Positions 9,966 through 20,206 of a stretch of DNA of 64,000 bases are shown one piece after another (position 1 is the first letter of the stretch; each line of letters begins with the position of its first letter). The stretch is taken from positions 4,608,001 through 4,672,000 of the forward strand of contig CBDCJH010000002.1 of the NCBI GenBank assembly GCA_965217775.1, read 5' to 3'. The DNA is from Acidobacteriota bacterium (GTDB lineage Bacteria > Acidobacteriota > UBA6911 > RPQK01 > JAJDTT01). A program made the position numbers and the translations under genes. Below the pieces are notes generated by a model. The model had not been told where the DNA came from. It ran no database searches and worked only from the letters and a program-made list of their open reading frames with translations.

Positions 9966-11155
9966 AACCCCCCGTCCGGGTCGGCCGCCTCTCCAAGTTC
10001 TACGGGTCGCATTGGAACCCCCGGAGCCTTCTCCGCCAAATCCTCACCGGAAAGGATTCGGTCCAGCGGATCCGGGCCCTGGAAGGGGTCAGCTTCCAGG
10101 TCGAGGCGGGCCAGGCCCTGGGAGTGGTCGGCCAGAACGGTTCGGGAAAGACGACCCTGCTGAAAATCGTGTCGGGCGCCGCCCATCCCAGCTCGGGCCA
10201 AGTCGAGGTGGATGGACGGATCGGCGCCCTGTTGGACCTGGGAGCCGGCTTTCATCCCGAGTTCAGCGGCCGCGAGAACATCCGGTTCAGCGGAGCTCTC
10301 ATGGGCCTGGAGCCGGACCGGGTCCGGGAGGCGGAGGACCGGATCGTGGCCTTCAGCGACCTGGCGGAATTCATCGACCAGCCGGTGAGGACCTATTCCG
10401 CCGGCATGTACGTCCGGTTGGGCTTCGCCGTCTCCACCGGATTCCACCCTGCTGTGCTGGTCATCGACGAGGCGCTGGCGGTGGGAGACCAGCCCTTCCA
10501 GAAAAAGTGCACCGACCGGATCCTGTCCATCAAGAAGAGGGGAGCCGCCATCGTGATCTGCTCCCACAACCTCTACCAGATCAGAACCCTGTGCGAGGAG
10601 GCGATCTGGCTCCGGGAGGGCCGGCCCCAATCCCAGGGAGACGCCGTCACGGTGGTGGAGGACTACAGCCGATTTCTGGGGCAAGCGTCGGCTCCCCGCG
10701 ACGGGGGCGCCGACACCGCCGGTTCCGACACCACCCGGAATTGTAGGATCGAAAGCCTCCGGCTGGAGGACGGTTCGGGATCCCGATCCGGGAGCTTCCG
10801 GACCGGCGAGACCTTGCGGCTGGAAATCGTCGCCGAGTTCGCGTCCGACTTCCGGGGCCGCCCCAGCCTTCGGGTGGCGATCCGGAGAGACGACGGCCTC
10901 AGCATCCACGAGACCCGGATCCGCAGCATTGAAGAGCTCCAGTCCCTGGGCGGCGGCCGTTACCGGGGGCGGCTCACGCTGCGGGAAATTCCCCTCCTCG
11001 CGGGCGGTTACCGGGTTCTGGCCGCCGCCTGCTCCCATTCCGAGGAGCCGGAGCCGGGGAATTGGAGCTCGATTCCGTTCAACGTACGCTCCCGGGGCGG
11101 GGAATGGGGAGCGGTCCGTCTGGAACATCGTTGGAGCGGGAGCGGCGGTTTCTAG
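9962..11155 (+). CDS. wzt: ABC polysaccharide export ATPase with Wzt C-terminal domain
   Basis: GQNGSGKT, YSAGM, IDEALAVGD; GTG overlaps the wzm stop. Confidence 0.92.
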   Translation: MKPPVRVGRLSKFYGSHWNPRSLLRQILTGKDSVQRIRALEGVSFQVEAGQALGVVGQNGSGKTTLLKIVSGAAHPSSGQVEVDGRIGALLDLGAGFHPEFSGRENIRFSGALMGLEPDRVREAEDRIVAFSDLAEFIDQPVRTYSAGMYVRLGFAVSTGFHPAVLVIDEALAVGDQPFQKKCTDRILSIKKRGAAIVICSHNLYQIRTLCEEAIWLREGRPQSQGDAVTVVEDYSRFLGQASAPRDGGADTAGSDTTRNCRIESLRLEDGSGSRSGSFRTGETLRLEIVAEFASDFRGRPSLRVAIRRDDGLSIHETRIRSIEELQSLGGGRYRGRLTLREIPLLAGGYRVLAAACSHSEEPEPGNWSSIPFNVRSRGGEWGAVRLEHRWSGSGGF

Positions 11156-11217
11156 CCGCCGACTCTTCGTCTCGCCCCAAAGATTCTTCGTCAATTTGAA
11201 CAAGAATTCGAGATTAA

Positions 11218-11246
11218 CAGCCCGTGGCAAAAGTCACCACGGACTG
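11218..11246. mobile_element. 29-bp internally deleted copy of the CAGCCCGTGG MITE
   Basis: Both MITE ends fused; TTAA on both sides. Confidence 0.75.
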
Positions 11247-11423
11247 TTAAGGAATCAACGGGCACCCGATGACCGATCGCACTTTTTCCGCCGTCGTCGT
11301 TGTAGGTAATGAGCGTTGACAATCGATGAGGGACAACGGAAGAATGCTTCGTATGGAACCAAACCCCTTGAGGGCAAGATGTAGTCGACTCTCATCTCTC
11401 GCCATCAGGTGGAGACCAAAACC

Positions 11424-11753
11424 ATGAATGTCGATTTGATCAGGGTCTTGGTAGCCGTGGTGGCGGTTGGCATCGGTTTGGCCGGACTGATGTTGGCCAG
11501 CTTTCGAGGGCTGCGTCGGGAGATGATGGGCCTGCGCCAGGAGATGCGGCAGGACATGCGGGGCCTGCGGCACGAGATGCGGGACGAAATTCAAGGCCTG
11601 CGGCACGAGACGCGGCAGGATATACGGGACATGCGCGGCCACATGGGACGGATCGATTCCCATATCGGCGAACTCCGGGAACGAATGGCGCAAGTGGAAG
11701 GACTGCTGAAGGGGTTGCGCGACGCTTTCGTCCAGGGGATCACTCCCAACTAG
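11424..11753 (+). CDS. Small protein: N-terminal TM helix plus 11-residue-periodic coiled coil
   Basis: GLRQEMRQDMR-type repeats; paralog of 16499..16786. Confidence 0.8.
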   Translation: MNVDLIRVLVAVVAVGIGLAGLMLASFRGLRREMMGLRQEMRQDMRGLRHEMRDEIQGLRHETRQDIRDMRGHMGRIDSHIGELRERMAQVEGLLKGLRDAFVQGITPN

Positions 11754-11914
11754 GAGGGGCGATTTCCAATCGCCCATTCTTCCGCTCCCTCGTGGGCTCC
11801 TTCTCCCGTTCTCTTTTGCTTTATTGACACTTGGGAGTTCGGCGGCTAGGAAACCGCCGCTCCCTTCCCGTTCGTGGAATCGGTTTGGGCGGCATGGTAT
11901 CGTGCTGGCCAGTC

Positions 11915-13966
11915 ATGGGAGCCGGGAGGGGAAGTTCGGACGATTCTTCCGGCCTTCGGCGACACCGCGACCTCTACGATCACGGCTACTTCCACGGTAA
12001 GACCAGCGGCTATCCGCCCGAGGGTTACGCTCGGGCGCATCCGGATTGGAACCCCTGGATTGAGTTGCTGGCGGCGCTCCAGCCCCGGGGCTTGTGGGTG
12101 GAGCTGGGTTGCGCTTACGGCTACCTGACGGAGGCGGTCCGGGGCTCCGGCCGACGGGCGGTGGGCCTGGACCTGAGCGACTACGCCCTCTCCCAGCACC
12201 CGCCGGCGCGTCCCTTCCTGGTGCAGGGTGACGCCCAGGAACTCCCCTTCTCCGGCGGCTGCGCGCACGTCGTCACCCTGTTCGACCTGCTGGAGCACCT
12301 TCCGGATCCGCGCGCCTGTCTCCGGGAAGCGGTCCGCGTCTTGCACCCGGACGGACTCATGGCAGGCACCACCCCGGACCCTCTCCATTTCCAGCGTCCG
12401 GAGTCGACCCACTGTTTCGAGCGCCCCCCTTCCTTCTGGATCTCGGCCCTGGAGGAGCTGGACCTGGCCGTGACCTACCGCTTCTCCGTGACCCCCTACA
12501 ACTTCCAGTTCCTGGCGGCGTTCAAGGAGTCCCCCACGGCGGAGCGGACGGCGGCGTGGCAGCACGACTATTACGGCCCCGAACCGGAATTCGTCTCCGT
12601 CGACGGTCCCCTGGAAGCCCTGCCCCGCTGGGGCTGGTCGGCCTTGGAGTCCGGATCCCGGGGCATGCAGGGAAATTCCTCGGCTCTCTACCTCCTGAAC
12701 CGGCTGGCCGGACCGGTCCGTTTCACAACCCGCTTCTCCGTCTCCTCCTCGCCCGACTTCACCACCCTGCGGGTCCGGGCCGGCAGCTCCACGTTGGCCG
12801 AGATCCACGTCGATTCGGAGCGGAAGACCACCCGGGTCGAACTCCCCCCGGTCAGCGTGGCCACCGGGGGACACCATCTGATCTTCGAACCGTTCCCCCT
12901 GGGTCCGCGGCTCCGCATCCACGACGTGGAGATCGAGGCCGAGCCCTGTTCCCAGGAGGACCTGGTCCTGGGTCTTCCCTTCGACCTTTACCAGCGCTAC
13001 CGCCTCGTAGCGCAGGTGGGTTCCCGATTGACCCAGGGTCCCATCCTGGACGTGGGCGGCCTGTTGGGGGACCAGGACGGACACCTGGCCACCACGGCGG
13101 ACTTTTTCTCCGAACTGGAATTGGACGCGCCCGTGCAGGTGCGTACCACCGACCTGAGGCATTGCGACCATCCGGACCACGCTCCGGCGCGGGCCTGGGA
13201 GCAGCCCTTCGAAGACGCCTCCTTCGACCTGGTGCTGGCCCTGGACGTCCTGGAGCACTTGGAACCGGAGCGGCGGCCCGACCTCCTTTCGGAACTGGAC
13301 CGTGTCGCCCGTTCCTTCATCCTGATCGGCGCCCCCTTCTCCACCCCGGCCGTGGAGCGGACGGAGGAAGAGCTGGCGCAGGGACTGCTGGACACCCGCC
13401 GTTTCCTGGAGGAGCACCGGACCCTGGGGCTGCCGTCCCACGACCTGGTGGAGAGTCACTTCGGGGACCGGCCCGACTATGAGGTCCACCGGTTCCCCAG
13501 CGGCTATCTGCCTCGCTGGCGGGCCATGCAAGTGCTGACGCAGCACTATTTCCAGTTGAACGACTACACCTCCATGACCGCCCTGAACCGCCTCTACAAC
13601 CAGACCTGCTACGTTCCGGACCTGGCCGAACCGGCCTACCGGACCCTTTTCCTGATCTCCAAGACACCTCTTTCGGAAGGCCGGCGGAATTCGCTGGCGG
13701 CGCTCATCCCGGGGCCCGACGCGGATCCCGAGTCCCCCTGCGGCCTCTCGGAGATGGCCCGGCACGCCCAGTTCCCGAGTCTCCACCAACGGCTTCGGGA
13801 GCTGCTTCAGGAACGGGACGAGGCTTGGCTGAACACCCGTTTCCTCATCAACGAGCGGCAGAAGCTGATCCGGCTGCTGCGCCGGGAGATCCGGCGCCTG
13901 CGCACCGAGGTTCCCCTCTGGAAACTGGCGGGTATTCGCCTCCGGGACAAACTGAGACGCCGGTGA
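11915..13966 (+). CDS. Double methyltransferase-domain protein with C-terminal coiled coil (possible glycan capping/chain-length enzyme)
   Basis: VELGCAYG and ILDVGG motifs, FDLLEH/LDVLEH; start codon uncertain. Confidence 0.8.
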   Translation: MGAGRGSSDDSSGLRRHRDLYDHGYFHGKTSGYPPEGYARAHPDWNPWIELLAALQPRGLWVELGCAYGYLTEAVRGSGRRAVGLDLSDYALSQHPPARPFLVQGDAQELPFSGGCAHVVTLFDLLEHLPDPRACLREAVRVLHPDGLMAGTTPDPLHFQRPESTHCFERPPSFWISALEELDLAVTYRFSVTPYNFQFLAAFKESPTAERTAAWQHDYYGPEPEFVSVDGPLEALPRWGWSALESGSRGMQGNSSALYLLNRLAGPVRFTTRFSVSSSPDFTTLRVRAGSSTLAEIHVDSERKTTRVELPPVSVATGGHHLIFEPFPLGPRLRIHDVEIEAEPCSQEDLVLGLPFDLYQRYRLVAQVGSRLTQGPILDVGGLLGDQDGHLATTADFFSELELDAPVQVRTTDLRHCDHPDHAPARAWEQPFEDASFDLVLALDVLEHLEPERRPDLLSELDRVARSFILIGAPFSTPAVERTEEELAQGLLDTRRFLEEHRTLGLPSHDLVESHFGDRPDYEVHRFPSGYLPRWRAMQVLTQHYFQLNDYTSMTALNRLYNQTCYVPDLAEPAYRTLFLISKTPLSEGRRNSLAALIPGPDADPESPCGLSEMARHAQFPSLHQRLRELLQERDEAWLNTRFLINERQKLIRLLRREIRRLRTEVPLWKLAGIRLRDKLRRR

Positions 13967-14982
13967 TGGGACCGCGGCCGACGTCCGAATCGGTTCCGTC
14001 CCGGGGACAGGTCCGACCTGCCGAAACCGGCTCACCCGCCCCCGCCTCCGTCGCCATCATCAACTACAACGGCCGTCCCTACCTGGAGGAATTGCTCGGT
14101 TCCCTGGAACTTCAGACTCACCGGCCGCTGGAGACCCTGCTGGTGGACAACGCCTCCCGGGATGACAGTGTCGCCTACGTCCGGCGGGAGTTTTCCTGGG
14201 TCCAGGTACTCCCGCAGGACCGGAACCTGGGGTTCTCCCAAGCCGCCAATCTGGCCGCCGAGTCGGCCCGCGGACCTTACCTCGTCCTGCTCAACACCGA
14301 CCTTCGGCTGGAGCCGGACTGGCTGGAAGAGCTCGTGGCCGTGGTCGAGACTGACCCCTCCATCGCCGCCGTCTCCTCCAAGCTGAGGCTGTACGACCAT
14401 CCCCGACGGCTCAACGGGGTGGGGGGCTGCATGAACCGGTTGGGCTACACCTGGGACCGGGGCATGGGGGAGGAGGACCGGGGCCAGTACGACCAGAGCC
14501 GGGACGTCCTTTTCGCCTGCGCTGCCGCCGCACTCTTCGACCGGTCCCGTTTCCGGGACGCGGGCGGGTTCGATCCCCGCTTCTTCATGTACCACGAGGA
14601 CGTCGACCTCTGTTGGAGGCTCCGGCTGCGGGGTTTCCGGGTGGTCACGGCGCCCAGGGCGGTCGCCTACCATCACCTGAGCGCCTCCACCCGGGAGGAC
14701 CGGGGGCTCCTCTGGCGGGAGATCCTGGGAGAGCGCCACAACATGCGCGCCCTGCTCAAGAACTACCAGGGCGCCAACCTGGCCCGGGCCCTCTGGGATC
14801 TCCTGGCCCTGCGCCAGCCGCCGCGCCGCAAATGGGCGCAACTGGGAAACCTGGCCTGGAACCTGCGGCGGCTTCCCGAGACGCTGCGGCTGAGACGCCG
14901 CATCCAGCAGGAACGGCGGGTGACGGACGCACAACTGAAACGCCTTATCGTACAATCGCGCCATGTCCCCATCCCCCGGTGA
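13966..14982 (+). CDS. GT2 glycosyltransferase (rhamnosyltransferase-like)
   Basis: IINYNG, VDNASRD, NLGFSQAAN, LLNTD, FFMYHEDVDLCWR. Confidence 0.9.
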   Translation: MGPRPTSESVPSRGQVRPAETGSPAPASVAIINYNGRPYLEELLGSLELQTHRPLETLLVDNASRDDSVAYVRREFSWVQVLPQDRNLGFSQAANLAAESARGPYLVLLNTDLRLEPDWLEELVAVVETDPSIAAVSSKLRLYDHPRRLNGVGGCMNRLGYTWDRGMGEEDRGQYDQSRDVLFACAAAALFDRSRFRDAGGFDPRFFMYHEDVDLCWRLRLRGFRVVTAPRAVAYHHLSASTREDRGLLWREILGERHNMRALLKNYQGANLARALWDLLALRQPPRRKWAQLGNLAWNLRRLPETLRLRRRIQQERRVTDAQLKRLIVQSRHVPIPR

Positions 14983-16285
14983 CGTCTCGGTCGTCACCGT
15001 CAACTGGAACGGCAAGTCCCACCTGTCCACCCTGCTTCCTCCCCTGTTGGCACTGGAACCGGGCGAGGTGATCGTGGTGGACAACGGGAGCACCGACGGC
15101 TCCCAGGGGTTCCTCAGGAAGCGTTATCCCCAAGTCCGAATGCTGGAGAACGGAGTCAACCGCGGCTTCGCGCAACCCTGCAACCTGGGGGCTGAGACGG
15201 CGCGGGGGTCCTGCGTCGCCTTCATCAACAACGACATGCGCCCCGAACCGGACTGGCTGACCGCCGCGCTGGAGAGGCTGGCGCCCCGGACACCGTGCGT
15301 GGCGTCGCGAATCCTGGACTGGGAAGGCCGGCGCATCGACTACAACGGGTCTTCCCTGCATTACCTGGGCTACGGCCTGCAGGAGGATCTGGGCTTGCCC
15401 GTCGAGGAGGCGCCGCGCCGGGACCAGGTCCTTTTTCCTTGTGGCGGGGCCATGCTGGTGGACCGGAGGGTCTTCCTGGAGGTGGGCGGATTCGATTCCG
15501 ATTTCTTCGCCCTGTACGAGGACGTGGACCTGGGCTGGCGGCTCTGGCTGGCGGGCCACCGTGTGGTCATGGCCCCCGATTCGGTGGTGCGCCACCGCGG
15601 GCATTCCACCCTGGAGACCCAGGCGCCGGAGAAGACCCGGTATCTGATGCACCGGAACGCCCTGCTGACCATCTTCAAGAACTACGAGGAGGAGAATTTC
15701 CGGAAGATCGTTCCCCTGGCGCTGCTCCTTTCGGTGAAGCGGGCGGTCCACTTCTCGGGAGTGCGCAAGGAGAGTTTCTACCTCTGGTCGGAGACGCGCC
15801 ACAAGCTGGAGGAAGGGGACGCAGCCGCGCGATCCCAACTCCTGGACTCGTTGAACCACCTGGTGGCCGTGGACGACGTGCTGCAGTCGCTGCCCCGGTT
15901 GCTGGAGAAACGCCGCCGGGTGCAGGCGCTTCGCCGCCGGAGCGACCGGGAGATCATGGAGCTGTTCGGAGACCCCCTGCGGCGAATCGTGGAGGACCCG
16001 GAATACGTCAGGGAGGAACTGGAGCTTCTGGAATTTCTGGGGTTGGGATCGTTGCTGGATCCGGGCCCGAGCGCCGACGCTCCGGAGTCTCTGCCGGGGT
16101 CGCTGAGGGAGAAGATCCGGTTGCTGGAAAAGGAGTTGAATGGACTCCGTTGGCTGGGGGGGCAAGCGGGTCTGCATCCTCCCGGCCCGCCGGGGCTGGC
16201 GGCGCGGTTTCTCCGCACCGTTCGGCGGGAGGGGTTGAAGGTCGCCTGTCTGCGGGCGTTCGACTACGTCAATCGAGCGGTGTGA
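14963..16285 (+). CDS. GT2 glycosyltransferase with C-terminal helical extension
   Basis: VNWNG, VDNGSTD, INND, YEDVDLGWR. Confidence 0.9.
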   Translation: MSPSPGDVSVVTVNWNGKSHLSTLLPPLLALEPGEVIVVDNGSTDGSQGFLRKRYPQVRMLENGVNRGFAQPCNLGAETARGSCVAFINNDMRPEPDWLTAALERLAPRTPCVASRILDWEGRRIDYNGSSLHYLGYGLQEDLGLPVEEAPRRDQVLFPCGGAMLVDRRVFLEVGGFDSDFFALYEDVDLGWRLWLAGHRVVMAPDSVVRHRGHSTLETQAPEKTRYLMHRNALLTIFKNYEEENFRKIVPLALLLSVKRAVHFSGVRKESFYLWSETRHKLEEGDAAARSQLLDSLNHLVAVDDVLQSLPRLLEKRRRVQALRRRSDREIMELFGDPLRRIVEDPEYVREELELLEFLGLGSLLDPGPSADAPESLPGSLREKIRLLEKELNGLRWLGGQAGLHPPGPPGLAARFLRTVRREGLKVACLRAFDYVNRAV

Positions 16286-16338
16286 AAGATGAGGGGAGCG
16301 GCGGTTTCTAGCCGCCGAAAGGAGCGGCGGTTTCTAGC

Positions 16339-16468
16339 CGCCGAACTCCGGAGTAAAATTACGAGCCGAACTCTGGAGTAAAATTGACGAGCCGAACTCT
16401 GGAGTAAAATTGACGAGCCGAACTCTGGAGTAAAATTGACGAGCCGAACTCCAGAGTAACATTGACGA
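16339..16468. repeat. Five tandem ~26-bp repeats (GCCGAACTCTGGAGTAAAATTGACGA) inside a REP pair
   Basis: Direct inspection; no unique spacers. Confidence 0.9.
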
Positions 16469-16498
16469 GGGGGACTGGGCGACTGGAAATCGCCCCTC

Positions 16499-16786
16499 CT
16501 AGTCGAACGCGGTGCGTTGGACGAAGAAATTGCGCAAGCCTTTGAGCAGTCCTTCCACGTGCGCCATGCGTTCCCGTAGTTCGCCGATATGGGAGTCGAT
16601 CCGCCCTATGTGGTTGCGCATGTCCCGCATTTCCTGCCGGACTTCGTGGAACTCTTCCTGCGTTTCCTGCCGCATGTCCCGCATTTCGCGCCGGAGCCCT
16701 CGCAAACTGGCCAGCATCAGTCCGGCCAAGCTGACTCCCACCGCCAACACGGCTACCAAGACGTGGATCAGGTCAACATTCATCAT
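16499..16786 (-). CDS. Small TM plus coiled-coil protein, paralog of 11424..11753
   Basis: MNVDLI.VLVAV.AVG..LAGLMLAS.RGLRREM...GRIDSHIGELRERMA.VEGLLKGLR. Confidence 0.8.
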   Translation of the reverse strand: MMNVDLIHVLVAVLAVGVSLAGLMLASLRGLRREMRDMRQETQEEFHEVRQEMRDMRNHIGRIDSHIGELRERMAHVEGLLKGLRNFFVQRTAFD

Positions 16787-17115
16787 CTGATCTCCGCTGA
16801 CACCCCGAGTGGGTCAGCTCCGGATCCCGGCGAATAGGAACAGCCTACCTTCTGCGATGAATCCAGTCTATACGAGGCATTCTTCCCTTGTCCGTCGACG
16901 ATTTCCAACACTCAATACCAACAACGCCGGCCGTGAAGAAAACGCGATCGATTCTTGAAAAACGTGTCCATCGAACTCGGGAGCGGCGATTTCCAATCGC
17001 CGACAGGGGCGGCGGTTTCCAGCCGCCGAACTCCCGAGTGACCATTTGGCGCCTAAGCTTGGGCGATTGGAAATCGCCCCTCCTATTGGTTCCTCTCCGG
17101 TAGACTTGTCTATCC

Positions 17116-18069
17116 ATGCGAATCAGTGTCGTCATTCCGACCTACAACCGGTCCCGGGTTCTGGTGCGGACGTTGGAGGCGCTGCGCCGGCAGACGGTGC
17201 TTGAGGAGTCTGAGGCTGATTCGGGGGGAGGAGCTCCTTACGAGGTGATCGTGGTGGACGACGGGTCCACGGACGACACGGGCGAGCGGGTTCGGGGGAT
17301 CTCGGCGGGGTATCCGGTGCGGTTGGTCTACCTGCACCAGGAGAATCGCAAGCAGGGGGCGGCGCGGAACCTGGGAGTGAGGAGAGCCCGGGGGGAGTGG
17401 TTGGTTTTCCTGGGGGACGATACGGTTCCGGCGTCCGATTTTCTGGAGGAGCATCTGAGGGCCCGGGACGGGGTCGCGAGTGAGAAAGCGGAACGGGTGG
17501 TGGCGATCGGTTACACCCCCTGGGCCCGGGAGTATCCCCGGACCCGGTTCATGGAGTACGTGGGGGAGGAGGGATGGCAGTTCGGGTTCTCCTTGATCGA
17601 GGACAGGAACGACGTTCCCTTCAATTTCTTCTATACCAGCAACCTCTCCATCTCCCGGGACTTCTTCCGGGAGTCGGGAGGGTTCGACGAAGACTTCGGC
17701 GAGTACGGTTGGGAGGACATCGAGCTGGGATGGCGGCTCCACCGGATGGGGATGCGGCTGGTCTATCATCCCCGGGCGGTGGCCCACCATCACCACCCGA
17801 CCTCGGTGAGGGCCTTCGTCCGCCGGCAGCGGCGAGTCGGGGCATCGGCCTGGAATTTCTACGGCAAGCATCCCGAGATGGCGGCCTTCCTCAACGTCGA
17901 CCGCCTGGCCCGCTACCGGCTCCGGGACCGGCTCCGCATGGGATTCCTGACCTGGATCTGCGCCTGGACCGAGAAACGGCAATGGCCTGACCTCAGTTCC
18001 CTTTATCCGGATCTCATGAGCTACCACTACAATCTGGGGTTGCTTCAAGGCCGGCGGGAGGAACGGTAG
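17116..18069 (+). CDS. GT2 glycosyltransferase
   Basis: VVIPTYNR, VDDGSTD, FLGDD, YGWEDIELG. Confidence 0.92.
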   Translation: MRISVVIPTYNRSRVLVRTLEALRRQTVLEESEADSGGGAPYEVIVVDDGSTDDTGERVRGISAGYPVRLVYLHQENRKQGAARNLGVRRARGEWLVFLGDDTVPASDFLEEHLRARDGVASEKAERVVAIGYTPWAREYPRTRFMEYVGEEGWQFGFSLIEDRNDVPFNFFYTSNLSISRDFFRESGGFDEDFGEYGWEDIELGWRLHRMGMRLVYHPRAVAHHHHPTSVRAFVRRQRRVGASAWNFYGKHPEMAAFLNVDRLARYRLRDRLRMGFLTWICAWTEKRQWPDLSSLYPDLMSYHYNLGLLQGRREER

Positions 18070-18071
18070 AC

Positions 18072-19142
18072 ATGCCGAGCGCCTACGATTCCAGGCTGAC
18101 GGTGATCATCCCCACCTGGAATCGGGCCCGGCTGTTGGAGCAATGCCTCTTGTCGCTGGCCAGGCAGCGGGTGACCTGTCCCGTCCTGGTGGTGGACAAC
18201 GGCTCCACCGACTCGACCCGCGAGATGCTGGAAGCCCGGTTCCCCGGGGTCGAGGCGCTGGCGCTGGAGGAGAACCAGGGATTCGCCCGGGCGGTGAATC
18301 GGGGCATTCTCCATTGCAGCTCCGAATACGTGGCGCTCTTGAACAACGACACCGAGGTGGACCCGGGTTGGACGGAGGCGGGAATGGCGGCGTTCGACCG
18401 GGATCCCTCCTACTGGTTCCTGGCCTCTCGAATGATGGACTTCCGCAGCCGGGACCGGATCGACAGCGCCGGCGACGGCTACGACCGGACGGGGATGCCC
18501 TTCAAGCGGGGCCGCGGCGATTCCTGCGAGCTCCACAGCCGCAGCCGGCCGGTTCTGGGCGCCAGCGCGGGCGCCGCCTTCTATCGCCGCGAGCTGTTCC
18601 GCCGCATCGGCCTCTTCGACGAGAACTACTACATGTACCTGGAGGACGTGGAGCTGAGCCTGAGAGCCCAGCTCACCGGTCATCCCTGCCTTTACGTTCC
18701 GGAGGCCGTCGTCTACCACATCGAGGCCGCGTCCGACCCCTCTCGGGAGGACCTGGTAGCAGACCTCCTGGCGCCGGAAGAGGAGGAGCACCGAAACGTC
18801 CGTCCGGTGAAGAAGGACACCGGGCTCGGGCCGGTCCAACCCGAGCCGGACCCGCCTCCGCTACCCGTCTGCTATTCGCCGGCCCGGGTCTACTGGATCA
18901 CCCGGAACCGGTGGCAGCTCATGGTGACCTATCAACCGGGCCGGAACCTGTTGCAGTTGGCCTATGGCTGGGCCCGCAGCACGGCATTCCACGCCGTCAA
19001 GGCCGGCCATCTCGGCTGGTTCCTGCGAGGACTCGCGGCGGGGATGGCGCGCACCCCCCAGGCCCTCGTCAAACGCTTTCGGATGCGCCGGAACCGGGTT
19101 CTCAGCGGACGGGAAATATGCCGACTGATGAACGGGTGCTAG
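18072..19142 (+). CDS. GT2 glycosyltransferase
   Basis: IIPTWN, VDNGSTD, LLNND, YLEDVELSLR. Confidence 0.9.
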   Translation: MPSAYDSRLTVIIPTWNRARLLEQCLLSLARQRVTCPVLVVDNGSTDSTREMLEARFPGVEALALEENQGFARAVNRGILHCSSEYVALLNNDTEVDPGWTEAGMAAFDRDPSYWFLASRMMDFRSRDRIDSAGDGYDRTGMPFKRGRGDSCELHSRSRPVLGASAGAAFYRRELFRRIGLFDENYYMYLEDVELSLRAQLTGHPCLYVPEAVVYHIEAASDPSREDLVADLLAPEEEEHRNVRPVKKDTGLGPVQPEPDPPPLPVCYSPARVYWITRNRWQLMVTYQPGRNLLQLAYGWARSTAFHAVKAGHLGWFLRGLAAGMARTPQALVKRFRMRRNRVLSGREICRLMNGC

Positions 19143-20035
19143 CGCTGGTCGTCAACTGGAACGGCGACGACGTGCTCCCGGCGACGCTCGACGCGTTGCG
19201 TTCCACCGTACACCCCCGTCTCGAGATCGTCGTGGTGGACAATGCGTCCACCGACGGGTCCGCCGATACGGTGCGAAGTCCGGTGAACCTGGTGCCGCTG
19301 GTGGAGAATCTGGGTTACGGGGGCGCCCTCAACGCCGTGCTCCGGACGTTGAATCTTGGCGGCGAACTCGGCATGAGTATGATAGCCGACTATTTCCTCC
19401 TGCTGAACAACGACATCCTGGTGGAGCCGGAGACGGTCTCCCGGCTGTTGGAGCTGGCCCGGGAGAAGGGTCCGGGGATCTACGGACCCAAGGTCCTGTT
19501 GCAGGGAAGGCCGGGCCGGTTGGACGCCGCCTGGGGACGAATCACCTGGAGCCACGTCCTCTCTTCCTTCGCCGGTATAGGGGCGCGCGACGGACCGCGG
19601 TACGACCGGGTCCGCCGGGTTCAGTTGCTGCTGGGATGCGCGCTTCTGGTACACCCGCGGGTCTTCCGGGACGTGGGGTACTTCGACGAGGACTACTTCA
19701 TGTACCACGAGGAGGTGGATTTCCTCTTCCGGGCGGGGCGGCGGGGGTTTCCGGCGTACTACTGCCCGGCTGCGCGCGTCCATCACCGGCGGGCTCATTC
19801 GACCCGCGACGAACCATTGAAGCGGGTGTTCTGGGTTCGGCGGAACACGGTGCTCTTTATGAGGAAACATCGGGTCGGCGCGTGGGCGTGGGGCTGTTGG
19901 GGGAAAACCTTGGTGTTGAGCCTCGTCTGGAACGCCGTGTTGCTGCGGTGGCAGCGCTTGGCGACAATCTGGCGAGGCGTCGTCGCGGGGATGGGAGGGG
20001 CGATTTCCCAATCGCCCAGGAGGGGCGATTTCTAG
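19118..20035 (+). CDS. GT2 glycosyltransferase
   Basis: VVNWNG, VDNASTD, LLNND, YHEEVDF; ATG at 19118; stop falls inside a REP copy. Confidence 0.88.
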   Translation: MPTDERVLALVVNWNGDDVLPATLDALRSTVHPRLEIVVVDNASTDGSADTVRSPVNLVPLVENLGYGGALNAVLRTLNLGGELGMSMIADYFLLLNNDILVEPETVSRLLELAREKGPGIYGPKVLLQGRPGRLDAAWGRITWSHVLSSFAGIGARDGPRYDRVRRVQLLLGCALLVHPRVFRDVGYFDEDYFMYHEEVDFLFRAGRRGFPAYYCPAARVHHRRAHSTRDEPLKRVFWVRRNTVLFMRKHRVGAWAWGCWGKTLVLSLVWNAVLLRWQRLATIWRGVVAGMGGAISQSPRRGDF

Positions 20036-20089
20036 TCGCCCAGGAGGGGCGATTTCTAGTCGCCCAGGAGGGGCGATTTCTAGTCGCCC
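19994..20089 (+). repeat. Four head-to-tail REP copies (24-25 bp period)
   Basis: GGAGGGGCGATTTCTAGTCGCCCA repeated. Confidence 0.9.
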
Positions 20090-20206
20090 CATGCTACCGC
20101 GGCCACTAACTCCTTGGCCGCTCACCGGTCGGGGTGTTGTTAATCCGGAGTTCGGCGGCAAGGATACCGCCGCTCCTGTTCGGCGGTTAGGAAACCGCCG
20201 CTCCTC

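Noticed and set aside
11846-14035. 729-aa minus-strand ORF
   Set aside because: Shadow of the methyltransferase gene
16339-16468. Mini-CRISPR
   Set aside because: Contiguous tandem repeat with no spacers
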